From: Glycera tridactyla
Lineage: Eukaryota
DNA length: 64,000 nt
Reading direction: 5' to 3'
NCBI GenBank assembly: GCA_965644265.1
Contig: OZ286465.1
Span: forward strand, 62,124,001 to 62,188,000
Shown: one piece after another, positions 59,959 through 64,000 of the stretch
How the letters are laid out: each line of letters opens with the position of its first letter
Numbering within the stretch: the first letter of the stretch is position 1
The notes under the pieces: model-generated
Told to the model about the DNA's origin: nothing
Databases searched by the model: none
What the model saw: only the letters and a program-made list of their open reading frames with translations
Made by a program: the position numbers and the translations under genes

Positions 59959-61648
59959 GTAGGACGAAAATTTCAATACCGTCCCTGCCTATTTATCAAC
60001 GCAAATAACACACCAGAATTTTGTGTTTGCACTGATTTGGGTTTGAATATCCCGTTTTGAAAATCGTTCACATGTCAACTGAAATACACACTGTTTATCA
60101 CAATATCACATATTTTTACATGTGCAAAACGTAGTTAGTGCACAGAAGGTGAATGATAGTGATGTTGTCAGGCTGATAAAAGGTGTGTTAGCCACACTTT
60201 TGCTGGGTAGTTGTTGGAATTGTGTTCAGAAATGTGCACACCCATCTCCAGTAACATGTTGTGTAGCTTCAGGATGTAACCCTCTCTTGTTGCTACACAT
60301 GGTTTCCCACATGACTCATTGTACATAGATCCTCAGTATATATGTATACCCATGCATTGTCATAAATACTCGCAATTAAGTGATGGGAGATCTTTGTTTA
60401 TGTCTTTTATGCATGTATTATGTATTGAATATCTTGCTGTATAGTGTCAGTTCACCACATGATAATCAGACTGATAATGATGTATGCAGTATAGATATTA
60501 TTGGACACCCCAATGCAACTACATCGATCAATACAGAGCACAGTATGGTGCTAATTGTATTGAATATTATGTTATTAGCATCATTAGATTACATCTCATC
60601 ATTTGGAGTCAACACTTAGCATGTATGTAACTGATATTTTGCTTACTTGTTTACAGGTTTTGTCACCCCTCTAAGACTGTTCAGAAAGGCCATGGCTTGG
60701 AGTCAAGTCACATTAATGTGAATGTTATTGGTTGTGCGCCTTGACCACCATCTCCATTGATTGGATTTTCCATGTTAGACTTTGGTTTCTTGCTTGGTAT
60801 TTTGCTCTTGAGCTGTTAACCCTGTTCCCATCATAATGTGATCATCCATCTTGAAAAAAAGGGATTCTAGTCTATGGATAACATCTATGTGATTAGAATT
60901 GGATTCAAATCAACACCATTGAATGCCAATTGACCACCAGACATTGTATTGAGAGAATTGTACAGATGATCAAAACATCTCTCCAGTTGGTGGTCCTGCT
61001 AAGATGTCATATTTGTGAGAATCTCAACAGTGAAACTCAGTGCATGCCGACTGAGATATCAAAGGCCGGCCATGTGTATAGTAGTCCATTGCCACATACC
61101 CTGAAAAGAACCAGTGCTGTCCTTTGCAAGGACTAGGGGATTGTCACTGACAGTGGTGCCTGTTTTCTTTAGCATTGACAGTCTGATATAGATTAATGAG
61201 GTTGAAAGGGCATTAAATCCAAACAAGCAACAATTATGCACAGTGGTGCCAATTTTCGGGAAAGTTGCTGAAACCTGGAAATTTGTCACAAAATTTTGAA
61301 TCCGAATTTTTTGAGAGTTGGACTGAAAGTCTGAAATCTGAAGCTTTTGGGAGTTGTTTCATGAAATTTAATTTGATCAGGTTTCTGGAAATTCTGTTGC
61401 AATTCAGTGGGGTCACCATGAACAGCAATGGTTTCATACATGAGATTTGTGTATGTGTGATTTCATGAAGATAATTGACAGTCACATGATATGCAGTATA
61501 GGTATTATGGTCGCTAGTCATGACTGAAGTGTGCATGTTCCAGGCTTGCACCACTTTTATCTCATTGGCAGTAATAAAATGGCTAGGCAAAAGTTGAAAA
61601 TATGACAAAGATTGGATTTCTTCATGGAGATTCTATGTATGGGATTAT

Positions 61649-61844
61649 AGTAAGACGACATTGCTGTGTGAGATCCGCGTTATTCCCAACGAGGTTGGCT
61701 GCGCGGCCGGAGGCACACGAGGCCGCAGGCCTCATGATTGTTATGATTGCCGTGTGAGATCCGCGTTATTCCCAACGAGGTTGGCCGCGCAGCCAACCTC
61801 TTTGGGAATAACAAGCGGATCTCACACGGCAATGTCGTCTTACT
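61649..61844. mobile_element. Palindromic MITE-like element with a duplicated arm
   Basis: About 60-bp inverted arms AGTAAGACGACATTGC.GTGTGAGATCCGC...; an extra direct copy of the left arm at about 61750-61790. Confidence 0.8.
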
Positions 61845-62065
61845 TTTCTCACATGACTATTTCTGATGTATTACAAGAAATGAACTTTATTCAACAAACG
61901 TTCGGTTTGATTACCTGACGCGCGCCCGCCGGCTGGCGCACTACTCTGTGGCTGACATTAGGCAGGGTAACTTCACCATAGCAACGATTGTATCAGCATG
62001 AGTGACGTGACGGCACAATGCACGGGACACACCGGCGGCCAGGATTGTGAGATTCATGTAATCGT

Positions 62066-62135
62066 CGTGTGTGTGTGTGTGTGTGTGTGTGCAGTGTGTG
62101 TGTGCAGTGTGTGTGTGTTTTTGAATGTGTGTGTG
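62066..62135. repeat. (GT)n microsatellite
   Basis: Direct inspection. Confidence 0.9.
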
Positions 62136-64000
62136 AAGCAGAATGCACCGGTGTCAGGGGACAAACGTTCGGTTTGTTTACCTGACGCGCGCCGTGCGTG
62201 CCGTGTGCAACGCCAGTGTTAGATTCAGGTAATCTCACACCCCCCTATCTCACACTCAAAATGACGCAGTCATGTGAGAATACTTTGGTTACCCAATGTA
62301 TGGAATGGGCCTGGAAAACTAAGCTCCACACACTCCTTTGATAGCGATATGCTCCTGGGAATGTGAATCTGGTTGTTGGACATGTGTAACTCTCCTCTTA
62401 CCCGCTGAAATGACGGGTGCAAAAAAAAGTTAGTGTTAAGCCCTGCATTCCTAAATGCAGTAGCTCCCAGGGAATCTCATGATTGTTATGATGGTTTTAT
62501 CATTCAAAGGTGGTGAGAACGGAGTCAAAGCTAATTCAGAATATAGAGATCAGGGGGTCTTTCAGAAGATTGGATCAGGGTGTAGGGGGGTAAAGAAAGA
62601 ATCAGAATGGGGGGGGGGGGGTAGGTGATCAATTTCGAGCCCTTGCATTTGGAATTCAGGCCTTATTCAAGAGAGAGGTGAAGAGTAGGCACTAACAGCC
62701 AAAAAAATGGGGAATGGAGTTAATCAAAATAGGCATAGGAGGTTGTTGTCCCAGTTTTAGGATGTCTAATAGAATTCAGGACATACCATATTAAAAATTT
62801 GGGAAGTAACAGATATGCCTGTATTCTGAATTTGTGATGGGAGCCCCAAGAACTTGAATCAAGAGGTAGGGATGCCAAATTTCGTCTGAATTTGGGCGGT
62901 AGCTGGTCAGAAATTCTTGCACATTAGGCCATGACGAATAGGAAGACAGCTTTGCAACATCCGCTGGGATCCCTCTAAGATGAAGGGCAGTTTGCAAATG
63001 ATTTAAGCAAAGTGAAATTCGGAAAGCACTCAGTAGACAATCAGAGAGCATTTCATTAGATCAATTCAGTGAAATGAAAAATCAATGGTATTCTTATGCC
63101 TCCAGGCAGGTCATCAGTGATTTTTGTTGTGAACCAATCAGATCCATGGATATCTCATTGCAAAGTTTTGTGCATTGGTACCCATTGTCTTGCAATAGTG
63201 TCATTTGATAGGGCTCGATGTTAAGGTCGTGCTGCTGTCTGGAGTAGGCAAAATTTGTGTACCATCGAGTGGATTACCCTGGCCTGCATGGCAAGTTTAA
63301 TGCAGGAATGTTTGTATACTTTGAATAGGTGTGGCTAAAACTTTTGCTGTTCAGACAAGTACAGTGTGTCTCGGTGACCATCCGTTTGATTGGCAGGTGA
63401 CCAGAGGATGCATTCTGCCTCGCCTACCTTCTCCGCTCAATCCACAGGCATTGATGCCAACCTCTATAATTCTGCAGCTGTGAATACTCATTTCAGGCTA
63501 GAATTTTTTTTTTTGGGGGGGGGGGGAGAAATGCCCCTCTCTCCGAAAAAGGGGGCATTTTCAGCGAAATGGCATTTTTGGAGACAGGAAGTCAGTGTCA
63601 TAATGTTTCAAATAGATTGATGAAATGAACTTGGTGGTGTGGCCAGGTGAAAACAACTACCCAGGAAACAGAAAAGTCAATGTAATTCAAATGCATTAGA
63701 CACTGCTGCTACTCTTGAAATTGGTGCCATTACTATTTTATTGCAAATACTGGTACTGGTACTCTTTTAAATTGGTCAGGGCGCGAAGAGATCGCCTCCC
63801 GAACGTCCCAGGCGTGCCAAAATCGCCATCGGGCGGGTGAATCTCAGTTACACGTCTTTTTCGGGCGACAGATATCTATCTCTGATTGACTGAATTGAGA
63901 ATTGGGGCGAAATTGACAAATCAGCGACCTGCCTTCATGGGGCTCACGGAGGTCGCCAGATGTCAACAATGTGCGCAGGAGACGATTTTCGAGCTTCTGC

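Noticed and set aside
60657-60721. Constitutive third exon of the ATXN7-like gene
   Set aside because: Encodes an early stop and lacks the expected D-M-x-x-F-G and zinc-finger sequence; the true exon is probably beyond the window.

Overview
Eukaryotic (metazoan invertebrate-like, about 40% GC) genomic DNA with six N-gaps; no prokaryotic features and no CRISPR array. Left ~45 kb is a layered transposon graveyard: decayed Gypsy, LINE and DIRS-like remnants; a Mag-like Gypsy element (10908-17086) whose 3' LTR and PPT were inverted after insertion; two CACTG-terminal non-autonomous EnSpm/CACTA elements with 3-bp TSDs; an internally deleted LTR element (18189-20458); a near-complete minus-strand Gypsy relative (about 23100-33763) with unusual architecture; an L2 3' end; CAGT/TA MITEs; simple repeats; and a 1097-bp tandem duplication. 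The right part holds a complete 8-exon THOC7 gene on the minus strand (59348-45496, 198 aa). It is head-to-head across a 290-bp promoter with the first two coding exons of an Ataxin-7-family gene on the plus strand. Gene and family assignments are from recalled protein motifs, not from database searches.
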